A stretch of DNA of 64,000 bases from Candidatus Hermodarchaeum yapensis (GCA_016840405.1 JAEOSK010000009.1:1-64000), one strand, 5' to 3'. Shown: positions 50,126 through 59,794, numbered from the stretch's first letter. Made by a program: numbers and translations. Notes: a model not told the origin generated them from the sequence alone.

Positions 50126-51865
50126 TCAATCATCAGATGATAGTGTTGGTAAAGTGTCTTTTGTCCAAATCCACTTTCCCTTATCAAAATGATAATTGCT
50201 TGGAATAATGGGGTTCCCAGTTACCCAACCAAATGATTTCCATGCTGGTTTAATAGCCGTCCTAGTATGATATTCTAATTCTTCGAAAATATTTCGTAGA
50301 GCTGTTTGCACAGTGACTGCTGTTCCACTAGGTAATAGAATCATCATTGTTCCTGAGCCATTATCGAAAATCTTACCACTTACAGACGGAAGTAATTGAA
50401 AGGCAGAAATTATATCTTTAGTCCTATCATAAGGCGTTTCAATAAAAACGTTCACAGCCTCATTTAATCCGATATGCATTAAACCTAATCCCATTGGTTG
50501 ACTCATAATGTTTTGTAGGTTTAGAAAATCGACACGACGTCTATAGGTCATGTGCTCGGTTTCCCGATAACCTGCTTTCCGTGCTTCATGTGACTCATAA
50601 AATCGGGCTTGACTTGTTACCAAAAAGGCATCTGTTGCCCTTTGCATGTAAACAAAATCCTGAGGTTGAAGCGTTATTGATTTCGTTAATCTTGAGGGTG
50701 AAAACTTGAAGACATTTAGTTGAGGAATGTGAGAAGCCCACTCTTCCTTGATTATTCTGAAACAATTATCCAAGATTTGTTCATATTCTTCAGGCCAACC
50801 GCCTTGTTCGGGGTTGTAAAGATCAAAGTTCATCGAGTTTACTCTTTCTGTAGTAATGAAAATTTTAGGTGGAAATAGGTCATACCTCGCCGATATTTGT
50901 CTTATCCACTGCCGTAATCGCGATGTCCTTTCTTTTGGAATAACGAATGAGGCGAGAAAACTGTCAGTAAATTCTTGAATGCTTTGCGTGTACCGAATTT
51001 TTGCGACCAGGCTTTTGAGTGAATTAATAACTGTTTGATTGCTGCTAGAAAATAGTACTGTTATGGGTTGAAGACCTAGCACTGGATAGTTTTCATAAAC
51101 GAAAAATCGAAGAAGGTGTTTAGTAGCAAGTGATTTAATAACTCGACTGATTGTTGGCTGGCGAAGATCAGTGTTTTTTGCAAGTTGTTTTTGTGTGCAA
51201 TGCAGACAAGCATTTAGACCCCTAAGGATTTTCAACTCAATAGTTTGAAGGATGATATGGTGGTTGAAGATCCAACGTTCAAGATTGGCTGTGAACATTT
51301 GAGAGGACATCTGGGTTGATGATTCTTTGAATGGTTCGAACCATTTCAAGACCATTTGAAGGAATGTACCATTAACGCTCCTATCAAAAATTGAAAATCC
51401 TGCAGTTGGGTAGTAATAATAGGACTTGTATCCTTGTGGAGGGGAAACACTCTCCCATAATTGTTGAAATTTTTGACGTTGTTTTGAAGTCCTTAGACCA
51501 TATCGATAATAACAATAGAACCCAAGATCTGACGATTCAGGAACCTTTCGGATAATACGGGGTAAATGAAGTAGGAATGCTTCACGCCAAAGGACTGGTT
51601 CTAAAAATTCATTCCGATTTGAAAGTAGTTCTTCGGAGAGTTCCAGTATTGATTGATCATCTTTATTAGTATAAGCAATTGCTCCAAACCGAGGTCCTTT
51701 AAGCATAAATGGTGAGGGTTCCCAATGGATAGCAATATAGTGATCCAACGGCTCAGCTGCTAAACGATTACTAATTGTTTGGACTATGTGAGAAAATCGT
51801 TTAGTAGTCTCATCTTTTTGATGATCAGAATTGGTATCTTGCGGATTTGACTTTTTTAAACTCAT
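50126..51865 (-). CDS. Multi-domain regulator (novel N-domain + HTH + Lrp/AsnC-like), paralog B
   Basis: GPRFG, LWREAF, NLERW; HTH 'TQKQLAKNTDLRQPTISRVI'; ends NYHFDKGKWIW. Confidence 0.8.
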   Translation of the reverse strand: MSLKKSNPQDTNSDHQKDETTKRFSHIVQTISNRLAAEPLDHYIAIHWEPSPFMLKGPRFGAIAYTNKDDQSILELSEELLSNRNEFLEPVLWREAFLLHLPRIIRKVPESSDLGFYCYYRYGLRTSKQRQKFQQLWESVSPPQGYKSYYYYPTAGFSIFDRSVNGTFLQMVLKWFEPFKESSTQMSSQMFTANLERWIFNHHIILQTIELKILRGLNACLHCTQKQLAKNTDLRQPTISRVIKSLATKHLLRFFVYENYPVLGLQPITVLFSSSNQTVINSLKSLVAKIRYTQSIQEFTDSFLASFVIPKERTSRLRQWIRQISARYDLFPPKIFITTERVNSMNFDLYNPEQGGWPEEYEQILDNCFRIIKEEWASHIPQLNVFKFSPSRLTKSITLQPQDFVYMQRATDAFLVTSQARFYESHEARKAGYRETEHMTYRRRVDFLNLQNIMSQPMGLGLMHIGLNEAVNVFIETPYDRTKDIISAFQLLPSVSGKIFDNGSGTMMILLPSGTAVTVQTALRNIFEELEYHTRTAIKPAWKSFGWVTGNPIIPSNYHFDKGKWIWTKDTLPTLSSDD

Positions 51866-52045
51866 TTAGGGTTTTCCTGCTGTTGTGTAGCTCTAGGACC
51901 GTGCTAAAGTAGGACAAGCCGTCTTAAGAGTATTCGGCATTTGGACCTTGTATGAGTGAGGGTTTTACTGCCCTTTAGCATGAATAACACTAAAGCAACT
52001 TTTCACAGTTTCATAGAGTTGATGTCTGTTAATGAGAAAAAGGAA

Positions 52046-52123
52046 TGGTAGCGGGGGATTGATTTGAACAACCGATCTCGGGGTTATGAGCCCCGCGGGA
52101 TATCCTGGCTACCCCACCCCGCT
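52046..52123 (-). tRNA. Initiator tRNA-Met(CAT)
   Basis: A1-U72 pair, GGG/CCC in anticodon stem, CAT anticodon, encoded CCA. Confidence 0.95.
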
Positions 52124-52363
52124 GCGGACTTGGATGAGAACGGTACAGAAGAGCTGTGGTGGTCGATAAAAGCTTTGTGCCTTAATGTAGGCGGAGCTCT
52201 GTTTGGTTTTGTTTCGATACTATAGTGCGAAACTCTTGTGGTGTTTAAGTAATCAAATCCGGATTCATTGTTGGTGAAAATTATGTATCCAATACCAGGA
52301 ACTGAAATCGGTCCATTGATGGCAATCTTTTGGGTTTTCTTTACTGTGCTGTTCTACGTCCTG

Positions 52364-53404
52364 TCACGTTTGGCGTAGGAGCCGCATGAGGGCACGAGGT
52401 ATCTCCGTGTATGAGTTGACTTTGATATAGCGTCCCCTACCAAGCTGGGCAATCTGCTGGCAGGTTTCTTCACCTTGCGGATGTGTACCTGGTGTTTGTA
52501 ATACATGGAGATTGTGATACTTCCGTGCGTGGGGCTCTGGTGGTCCACCACGGTTGGCGATGCCATCGGTGATGAGGATAGCCCAAGATTCTTGTCGGTG
52601 AACACGTTGGTATTGAGTAAATGCAGTTTTTAGGGCATCGGCAATGTTGGTGTAGCCCGCAGGTTCTGTATCAAGGATTGTATCAACGATAGTATCTATT
52701 GTAGTGGGTTGATCGATGGTTTTGATAATGCTAGCAACGGTGTTGAAAGCAACAAGGGCATACTTGTCATGACGTAGGTGATATGCCGCAACAGCGGCTG
52801 CTGTAGCGGCTGTAAGAAGTTTTGTCCCGGCCATGGATCCGGAGGTATCTAAAATGATTGTGCCAATTTTTTTCCGTGCTACTCGTTCAACACCGACGAT
52901 TTCATTATAATTCACATAGTCGGGTTCTAGGAGTGTTTCTTCCAATGTTGCATCAAGGTCAAATTCGTCAAGACCTGGGTAAAAAGGGACGGTTTTGATA
53001 GTTTCAGGGCGCAGTCCACGTCCACTGATTCTTAGAGCTGAATGAATTATGGTAGCACGGGCCAGCTCACGAAATTTCTGGCGGTATTGTCCACGAATTT
53101 GATGTCGGAGTTGAAAGAAGAGTAGTGGTGCAGCAACATTCCCTTCATGGGCAGACTTTGCAATCAGGTGAACACCGTCTTGACTTGAAATGGCTTCACT
53201 TGTAGCAATAGGTTGGAGCTGAGCGAGGGCTTGTAATGCAGTGACATTTCTTTGTTCTATGGCAAGTTCAGCCATTTCTTTTGCTTTGGGGTAATCAAAA
53301 GTACGACCTAAACGGAGGTAGTATTGGAAATCACGTCCATTGGCTCTGATTTCCGATTCGAAGAGTTTCTCATCTGAGATGGTTCCGGAGAGAACGATGG
53401 GCAC
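52364..53404 (-). CDS. von Willebrand factor A domain protein (possibly made as a MoxR fusion)
   Basis: MIDAS DTSGSM, 'DLDATLE', GYTN, LITDG. Confidence 0.88.
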   Translation of the reverse strand: MPIVLSGTISDEKLFESEIRANGRDFQYYLRLGRTFDYPKAKEMAELAIEQRNVTALQALAQLQPIATSEAISSQDGVHLIAKSAHEGNVAAPLLFFQLRHQIRGQYRQKFRELARATIIHSALRISGRGLRPETIKTVPFYPGLDEFDLDATLEETLLEPDYVNYNEIVGVERVARKKIGTIILDTSGSMAGTKLLTAATAAAVAAYHLRHDKYALVAFNTVASIIKTIDQPTTIDTIVDTILDTEPAGYTNIADALKTAFTQYQRVHRQESWAILITDGIANRGGPPEPHARKYHNLHVLQTPGTHPQGEETCQQIAQLGRGRYIKVNSYTEIPRALMRLLRQT

Positions 53405-53410
53405 GTCATC

Positions 53411-53443
53411 GGAGGCAGGGGCCTCCTCAGCGATTAAAAATTT
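53411..53443 (-). promoter_or_regulatory. Candidate -1 programmed frameshift signal
   Basis: A_AAT_TTT immediately before the MoxR stop; GGAGGC/GCCTCC hairpin downstream; -1 frame is open into the vWA ORF. Confidence 0.65.
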
Positions 53444-54282
53444 GCTAACACAGCTTTAACGAGTGTTTTGATGACCTCGATTGCAGATTTCTGCGCGTCA
53501 TCGTGTAGTTCAATTTTCGGGACAAGTGACATGATGGCTGCTTGTTCCCACACATCGTAACCTTCACCAGGTAGTTGTGTGTAGAGACTTGTAATATCGA
53601 TTGCGCCCCGAACGCTAGCCCCGCGACGAATGTCTGTATAATCACGTGTTGCTCGGGTGATAGCCACGGCCAATTCTACGATTTCCTTGTCTTCAACTCC
53701 AGTATTGATATGAACGATTTCTTTTTCTTCAGCTTCGGTATGATAGTCGAGATAAAGCCAGACGTAGCGATCCCGTAGAGCTTCTCCGAGTGGTGTTACA
53801 CCTACGCTGGCCTCAGGATTTTGGGTAGCGATTATTCGGAATCCATTTTTTGCTTTTATAGTGCCTAGCTTTGGTACATGTAACGTTCCCTCGTCCATGA
53901 CTGGGAGAAGTGTATTCTGTGTTGCTTCTGGCATACGGTTAATTTCATTAATGAAAAGCACTCCACCTGTTTCCATCGTTTCTACAAGAGGACCGGGAAC
54001 GAAGGTGTCGCGGGTATATCCGTTTTTGAGTACAACCGGGGGATCGAACCATCCCACTAGCTTCGCTGAGGTATAGCGTTCATCTCCATCCACACGGAAA
54101 AATGAACGTCCTAAGAAATTAGTAATGGCAGAGGCGATTGTGGTTTTCCCGACACCAACTGGGCCTTCGATGAGCATGTGTTTATCTGCCTTATCGGATG
54201 CTAGACATTGCGTAATAAGGTCTTGGCGACCAATGATTTTATATTCCCGTTGAATTGTTTTGATGTCTTTGGAGAGGACCAT
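53434..54282 (-). CDS. MoxR family AAA+ ATPase
   Basis: EGPVGVGKT, INEINR, ATQNP, ALRDR, GASVRG. Confidence 0.92.
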   Translation of the reverse strand: MVLSKDIKTIQREYKIIGRQDLITQCLASDKADKHMLIEGPVGVGKTTIASAITNFLGRSFFRVDGDERYTSAKLVGWFDPPVVLKNGYTRDTFVPGPLVETMETGGVLFINEINRMPEATQNTLLPVMDEGTLHVPKLGTIKAKNGFRIIATQNPEASVGVTPLGEALRDRYVWLYLDYHTEAEEKEIVHINTGVEDKEIVELAVAITRATRDYTDIRRGASVRGAIDITSLYTQLPGEGYDVWEQAAIMSLVPKIELHDDAQKSAIEVIKTLVKAVLANF

Positions 54283-54402
54283 TAAAGTTCACCCTGATGC
54301 GTTTTGGGAGCCGTCCCTCTAAGTAAAGTGTTTGGGTAGAACAGCAATCGAATAGAAGAGAAAAAAATGTTTATTGGTAAGGAAAATCATAATTAAAGGC
54401 TA

Positions 54403-54499
54403 GCGGAGTTGGCGGAGCGGTAACGCGCTGGACTCGAGATGACCGAGTCATCCAGTGACCTTCGTGGTCGCAAGGGTTCAAATCCCTTACTCCGCGCCA
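54403..54499 (+). tRNA. tRNA-Ser(CGA) with an 11-nt intron (54439-54449, position 37/38)
   Basis: GCGGAGT/ACTCCGC acceptor, G73, long variable arm, CTGGA/TCCAG stem, CTCG/CGAG splice helix. Confidence 0.9.
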
Positions 54500-54512
54500 C
54501 TTTCCTTTTCTG

Positions 54513-55469
54513 CTATATCACAAGGTCGGCTATGTCAATACTCGATTCAAAAATTCGTTCCACATTATGGATTACCCGATCGAACACTGGTAAAACAGAC
54601 AAATCCTGTCTCGCTAGCACTTCAGTAAGTTCGAAAACCAGTTTAGAAATCGATTGTTTCTGGGCAATTACCTTTCGAGCTCGAACACTATTTTGTTGGA
54701 GGACAGCTGTAATTGCTTCTCGATGCGCGCGTAAAACTTGATCACTGAGTTTTGTTAATACTTGTGAAAACGGCCGCGGAGGAAAAATATACCCTTCTGT
54801 GACTACTTGTTCTGCTATACTCGCACACCCATCTGCAATTGCTTCTACTTCCTTTGCGACCAGCCGATAATCCAAGAGGTTGAGTGGAGAAAGCAGTAAA
54901 TCACCACTTGGTGAGGCAATTGCTTTCCGAAGTTGTCGGACGACCAAGAAATACAACCGATCTACTTCCCGATCTCGGGCAATAACATCTTGTGCCAGCT
55001 CTTGGTCATTACGAATAAACGCATGAATCGCGTCTTCGTGCATCTTTGCTGCAATCCCATAGGTTCGCCGTAAATAGGTCCGTAAATCGATACTCCTGGG
55101 AATCATACACTGCAAAGTCATGCTAGAGGCTTCTTCTTCCATAATTTCAACTCCGACAAGGAACTCAGCCATTCCTTTCACTTCGCGCTTCAAGGTGGGC
55201 GTCATCGCTTCTCCGAGATTAACTTCAATCACATCGTTGCCAGCCAAATAACAAGCAAGTATGTTTCGAGAAACATTGGATGGATCCGAGATAACACTAC
55301 GGAGTCGAAGTGGTTCCTCTTCAAGTCTAGGATTGATGATAAGCATTCCATCTGCCCGTTCATGAACCAAAATCATTGAACCTTTCTTTAGTCCCTGTTC
55401 CTCCACCCACTGCTTTGGAACCGAAAGAAGAAATGAAGCTCCCACACGTTGTAGTTTCCGGGCTTCCAT
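54513..55469 (-). CDS. AbrB-PhoU phosphate uptake regulator
   Basis: 'RKLQRVG.S.LLSVPK.W' AbrB domain; PhoU repeats 'DREVDRLYF'. Confidence 0.88.
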   Translation of the reverse strand: MEARKLQRVGASFLLSVPKQWVEEQGLKKGSMILVHERADGMLIINPRLEEEPLRLRSVISDPSNVSRNILACYLAGNDVIEVNLGEAMTPTLKREVKGMAEFLVGVEIMEEEASSMTLQCMIPRSIDLRTYLRRTYGIAAKMHEDAIHAFIRNDQELAQDVIARDREVDRLYFLVVRQLRKAIASPSGDLLLSPLNLLDYRLVAKEVEAIADGCASIAEQVVTEGYIFPPRPFSQVLTKLSDQVLRAHREAITAVLQQNSVRARKVIAQKQSISKLVFELTEVLARQDLSVLPVFDRVIHNVERIFESSIDIADLVI

Positions 55470-55567
55470 ATTATTCACCACATATGAATTCTCTTTTCCC
55501 TTCACCATAATAGCTTATCATGTGTTCGATGAAGGTGTGCTATTAATCAATCCCGAAAAACGTAAAA

Positions 55568-55644
55568 TGGTGGGCCGGACGGGCTTCGAACCCGCGACCT
55601 CTCGGTTATCAGCCGAGTGCCCTACCAAGCTAGGCCACCGGCCC
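55568..55644 (-). tRNA. tRNA-Ile(GAT)
   Basis: Complete cloverleaf, CTCGG-CTGATAA-CCGAG, CCA. Confidence 0.96.
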
Positions 55645-55684
55645 ACATGAAGTACGTGGATGCGCGTAGACTCTTTTCGTTTAT

Positions 55685-55900
55685 CAAAAGCTTTGAGACG
55701 ACTTTTTCTTTAGGTCGGGGATGAATCATGGAGGTTAAATACGTTTCTGCAATTCATTTAGTGAGGTCCTAGTCGGGGTCCGAGAACCAAGGAACCTGAC
55801 TGGGCAACATCGCCGGAACGGCGAGTAGAGCCTGTGGACCAGTTGACAGTGGTCGATGGTATGAAGCAGGAAGCTCCATCCTTCGGATGGGGTAGTTCAC
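55685..55900 (+). mobile_element. Non-autonomous IS200/IS605-type mini-element with omega-RNA-like scaffold (copy 2)
   Basis: Follows TTTAT; shares CAACATCGCCGGAACGGC, CCTGTGGACCAGT, ATGAAGCAGGAAGC and the GTTCAC end with copy 1. Confidence 0.75.
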
Positions 55901-55928
55901 ATGGATTTTGCCGAAGCATATTGGGTGT

Positions 55929-56003
55929 TGGTGGAGTGGCCGGGATTTGAACCCGGGGCCTCGTGTGTGCGAGACACGCGATCTACCACTGATCTACCAC
56001 CCC
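55929..56003 (-). tRNA. tRNA-Ala(CGC)
   Basis: G3:U70 pair, CGTGT-CTCGCAC-ACACG, CCA. Confidence 0.94.
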
Positions 56004-56016
56004 TTTGGTTTCGGGG

Positions 56017-58413
56017 TTATTTTGGTGGGGGTATTTTTGTGTTGCCCTTTGTGGTGAATTTGATGGTTTTTATGTTATGCATCCGTTTAAGATCCTCGGC
56101 GTAGGGTTTGAGAGTCTTCGTTGTTGAAACTGTTGAGATAGGCGCACGGAGACTCATTTTGTGGTCTTTTTTGTGTTTCCAGAGGTCAGCGTTGAATTGG
56201 ATCAAGGTATCGGTGGGGTGGTCTTTTTCAATTCCATCAATAGGTTCAGGGAAGTATAATTTGTGAATAGATGTGTCCGTGTCATAGAGGGTACGGTGAA
56301 TTTTCTCGGTGATGAAAGGGCAAATCGGTGCCAAGAGTTTGAGGATGGCATGCAGGATCGTATGAAGAGTGAACCAGGCAGCGTTACGTCCTAGTTCATC
56401 CTCTTTGGAATAGGCACGTCCTTTGACGAGTTCAAGATAATGACTCGCAAAGAGGTCCCAAGTGAAGGTGCGAAGTTCACGGGCAGGAATGATGAAATCG
56501 AGTTTGCTATAACCGGCTCTGGCGCGATGGATTAAATCGTTTAGTTCAGAGAGAATCCAGTGATCAGCAGGTTGGAGTTCAATGTCATCGCCTTTGATTT
56601 GTGGGAATCCAGAGATGAATCTGGAAATATTCCAAAGTTTAGTAAGAAACCGATATGCCCCTGCAAGCCGACCTTCACTGAATCGGAAATCAGAACCTAA
56701 AGAGGCTTCAAGAGCACCCCAAAGACGTAATGCGTCTGTGCCATATTGGTCGAACAATGGGTTAGGATCAATACTATTTCCACGGGATTTACTCATTCTT
56801 TCTCCATGCTCATCAAGACCCATCCCACTGATCCAGATGTATTCGAAGGCGGGAGCCTTGAAAAGCTGGTAAACACGTAAAATTGAATAGAAAAGCCAAG
56901 TGCGAACTATATCCTTCCCCTGGGGACGAATGCTAGCTGGAAAAAGACGTTGAAAGAGTTCATTGTCTTTAGTGTAGAAAGTGACAATAAGGGAGCTGAT
57001 GGATGAGTCCATCCAAGTGTCCATAGTCCGAGTTTCCCCTTCGAAACTTTCCGAAGCCCCGCATTTTGGGCAATTCTTAATTGGTGGAGGAGTCTTCCAC
57101 GGTTGATAATATGGACCAACTGGTGGAACAATTGTCTCGTCACATTGTGTACAATACCAAAGGGGGATTTCGGTACCATAAAACCGACGACGGCTAATAG
57201 GCCAGTCCCGATTGACGCTATTTATCCAATCGATGAGAATCTGCTTGTTTGCGGTGGGAAAGAAAGTCATTTTATCGATGACGTTGCGAAGTTCATCAAG
57301 GTATGGTGTTTGTTTCAGGTAGTATTCTGGCATGGCAATGAATTCAATGGGGTTTCGACTCCGCCAACAGGTAGGTGTTCGATGAGAAATTGTCTCTTGT
57401 TTGATAACGAGGTCCTTCTTGTGGAGGTCGTCGAGGATTGCTTTTCGTGCTTCCTTAATAGTCATGTCTTTGTAAGGGCCTGCAGCTTCTGTCATTTTCC
57501 CATCGGCATCTAGGGCGTTGATTGGTTGGAGCTGTAGTTCTCTAAATAGTCTAACATCTGTATAATCGCCATAACTACAAACCATAACGACGCCGGTACC
57601 GAATTCAATTCGAGCTTCGTGGTGCGGAATGATAGGAACTCGTTTATTGTATAACGGTGTGAGCGCGGTTTTATTTTGAAGATGTTGGTATCGTTCATCA
57701 TCGGGGTTAACGAGGACAGCTGCGCATGCTGATAGGAGTTCAGGTCGTGTAGTAGCAATGAGTAATTCTTCACCTGAATCCTCAATAGTGAATTTCAGGG
57801 TTGTAAGGGTGGTTTGAATGTCTTTATATTCAACTTCAGCATCTGCGATGGTAGTTCCGCATTCGGAACACCAGTTATTGGGACGATCATCGATATAGAC
57901 GAGTCCTTGATTGTATAGTTCAATGAACGTTCGTTGTGTAACTGCACGATAATCTGGATGATCAGTACGATACATCTCGTCGTGTTTGAAGGAGTTACAA
58001 CTCAAACCCAAACGTTGAGCCATTGCAACAATGAGTCTTTCATTTTGGTCCAGAAATTCAGCACACTTATTCAGAAACTCTTGACGAGGAATATCGTGCA
58101 TACTTATGTTGTAAGCTTTTTCCACTTGAACCTCGATGGGTAGTCCATTACGGTCTAGCCCCATAGGGAAAATGACCTCATAACCTTCCATGCGTTTTGT
58201 TCTGGCAATCGTATCAATTTGAGCATAATGAATAGCACCGCCAATATGCCAAGGTCCGCTTAGGTAAGGAGGAGGTATGTCTATGGAATAGATGGGGCTC
58301 TGGGTTTCCCGGTGGAATGTGTAAAGCTGATCTTTGGTCCAAAGCTCAAGGATTTCTAATTCGATTTCTGGTTGCCAGCGTTTTTCCTTTAATTGTGTAT
58401 TTTGCCCCATCAT
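56017..58413 (-). CDS. valS: Valine--tRNA ligase
   Basis: HIGG, WPISRRR, DTWMDSS, QGKDI, RMSKS. Confidence 0.93.
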   Translation of the reverse strand: MMGQNTQLKEKRWQPEIELEILELWTKDQLYTFHRETQSPIYSIDIPPPYLSGPWHIGGAIHYAQIDTIARTKRMEGYEVIFPMGLDRNGLPIEVQVEKAYNISMHDIPRQEFLNKCAEFLDQNERLIVAMAQRLGLSCNSFKHDEMYRTDHPDYRAVTQRTFIELYNQGLVYIDDRPNNWCSECGTTIADAEVEYKDIQTTLTTLKFTIEDSGEELLIATTRPELLSACAAVLVNPDDERYQHLQNKTALTPLYNKRVPIIPHHEARIEFGTGVVMVCSYGDYTDVRLFRELQLQPINALDADGKMTEAAGPYKDMTIKEARKAILDDLHKKDLVIKQETISHRTPTCWRSRNPIEFIAMPEYYLKQTPYLDELRNVIDKMTFFPTANKQILIDWINSVNRDWPISRRRFYGTEIPLWYCTQCDETIVPPVGPYYQPWKTPPPIKNCPKCGASESFEGETRTMDTWMDSSISSLIVTFYTKDNELFQRLFPASIRPQGKDIVRTWLFYSILRVYQLFKAPAFEYIWISGMGLDEHGERMSKSRGNSIDPNPLFDQYGTDALRLWGALEASLGSDFRFSEGRLAGAYRFLTKLWNISRFISGFPQIKGDDIELQPADHWILSELNDLIHRARAGYSKLDFIIPARELRTFTWDLFASHYLELVKGRAYSKEDELGRNAAWFTLHTILHAILKLLAPICPFITEKIHRTLYDTDTSIHKLYFPEPIDGIEKDHPTDTLIQFNADLWKHKKDHKMSLRAPISTVSTTKTLKPYAEDLKRMHNIKTIKFTTKGNTKIPPPK

Positions 58414-58534
58414 TAGAAACCTCTAATTCAATAGTTGAGGTGGTGGTAAACGGGTTTTAATTGATTATTTTTTATTTGACCAGTGGACGGCATTCTTTCG
58501 CATGTTAAAAAGGCTTTCTCCAAGATTTTTTAAC

Positions 58535-59794
58535 CTAAGCCTGATCAGCCCAACGAAGGAGGGCACCAATACCTCGAAATGCGATGAGGAGTTGTTTCCC
58601 TTCTTCAGTTTCAGGTGATATGATTTCGATTTTCGCTCCTGTTTCGTTCGATAATTCCCCTAACTCTTCAATTAGATCTTGCGTTTCAGTAATTTGCAAA
58701 GTCTGGTTCTGACACTTTGTACACTGTTGGTTGGCTAGATCATTCTCAAATCGTGTTATCACATCGGGTGTCAGCGTTCTCTCAGTAGTGTGACCGCAAG
58801 AGCTACAATTAATTGTGACTCTTGATAATTCGATACCCTCGGAGACTAAGATGATTTCAACTGCACCTCGGTCGAGTGCTTCTCGGACCTGTCTTTCACC
58901 GTATGTAGCCCGACCAGTATCGCGAGCCAATTCACCCAGGAAGCGTTGGACGAGACGTTTTTCTTTCATTAAGCGTTGGTTTCGAAGAATCTCTCCTGAT
59001 TTTTCCACTAAGGCTCGGATGCCCTCTTCTCCAGAGTAGGCTGTGTCAAGAACTGCTAATACCTTGTCCTTCAACGGAGAAGTCAGGTAGCCCTTCTCTG
59101 AAAAGACTTCTTTGGTGAAACCTGGACCCCCTATGATTATTCCCCTTAAATCCGGAATATCTTCGAATAGTTCTCTTGTTAATTCGCTGGATCGAGTGAG
59201 AAATTCATGGGCTGCCTGTTCTATGAGACGTTCGAACCGTCGCTGACTCTGCCCACCTGCTCGGTGTTTGCCCATAATCCCTGATTTAACCGTTTTTACA
59301 ACCTGTAAGTTGGTTCCGCGTAATAGGGCCCAAGCAGCGGCACTTCGGTCAATTGAGATTAAACCATAGCTATCCTTTGGGGTTAACATTTCGTGCAGAG
59401 GATTGAGCCAGAATTCTGCAGCACACCGGTAGATGTATACATTCACTGGCTCAGGCGGTTCAATCAGATATATTTCCATTTTTTCGCTACCAGGTGCTCC
59501 ATGAGGAATGGCCCCTGCGAACACGGCTAATCCGTTAGGTGGAGGTTTAGGAATGATTTTCAAACGTTGGATTACCGTTTGGATTGCATCCATCACATTC
59601 TTTCTTGTTGATTTAGATTTGATGTTGGTTGCAGTTCCATATTCCGTTCGTAGTGTTGAGAGTACATCGCTCATTTGACGTTCGGGTGGAATGTAAAGGG
59701 TTATTAACTCCGTATGAAGTCCTTTTTTCTCTGCGAGAGTGTCCACTACCTTCTTGAGCCTGAACCGCCGATATGATTCGCTAGTAGTGGACAT
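58535..59794 (-). CDS. prf1: Peptide chain release factor aRF1
   Basis: NIKS, YRC, GGQS; C-terminal Zn ribbon. Confidence 0.96.
   Translation of the reverse strand: MSTTSESYRRFRLKKVVDTLAEKKGLHTELITLYIPPERQMSDVLSTLRTEYGTATNIKSKSTRKNVMDAIQTVIQRLKIIPKPPPNGLAVFAGAIPHGAPGSEKMEIYLIEPPEPVNVYIYRCAAEFWLNPLHEMLTPKDSYGLISIDRSAAAWALLRGTNLQVVKTVKSGIMGKHRAGGQSQRRFERLIEQAAHEFLTRSSELTRELFEDIPDLRGIIIGGPGFTKEVFSEKGYLTSPLKDKVLAVLDTAYSGEEGIRALVEKSGEILRNQRLMKEKRLVQRFLGELARDTGRATYGERQVREALDRGAVEIILVSEGIELSRVTINCSSCGHTTERTLTPDVITRFENDLANQQCTKCQNQTLQITETQDLIEELGELSNETGAKIEIISPETEEGKQLLIAFRGIGALLRWADQA

Noticed and set aside
54439-54741. 100-aa ORF (and likewise 55901-56104)
   Set aside because: They overlap tRNA genes and lie antisense to the PhoU regulator and valS
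2629-59039. Numerous 60-180 aa ORFs antisense or out of frame within long genes
   Set aside because: Shadow ORFs of well-supported genes with no independent motifs
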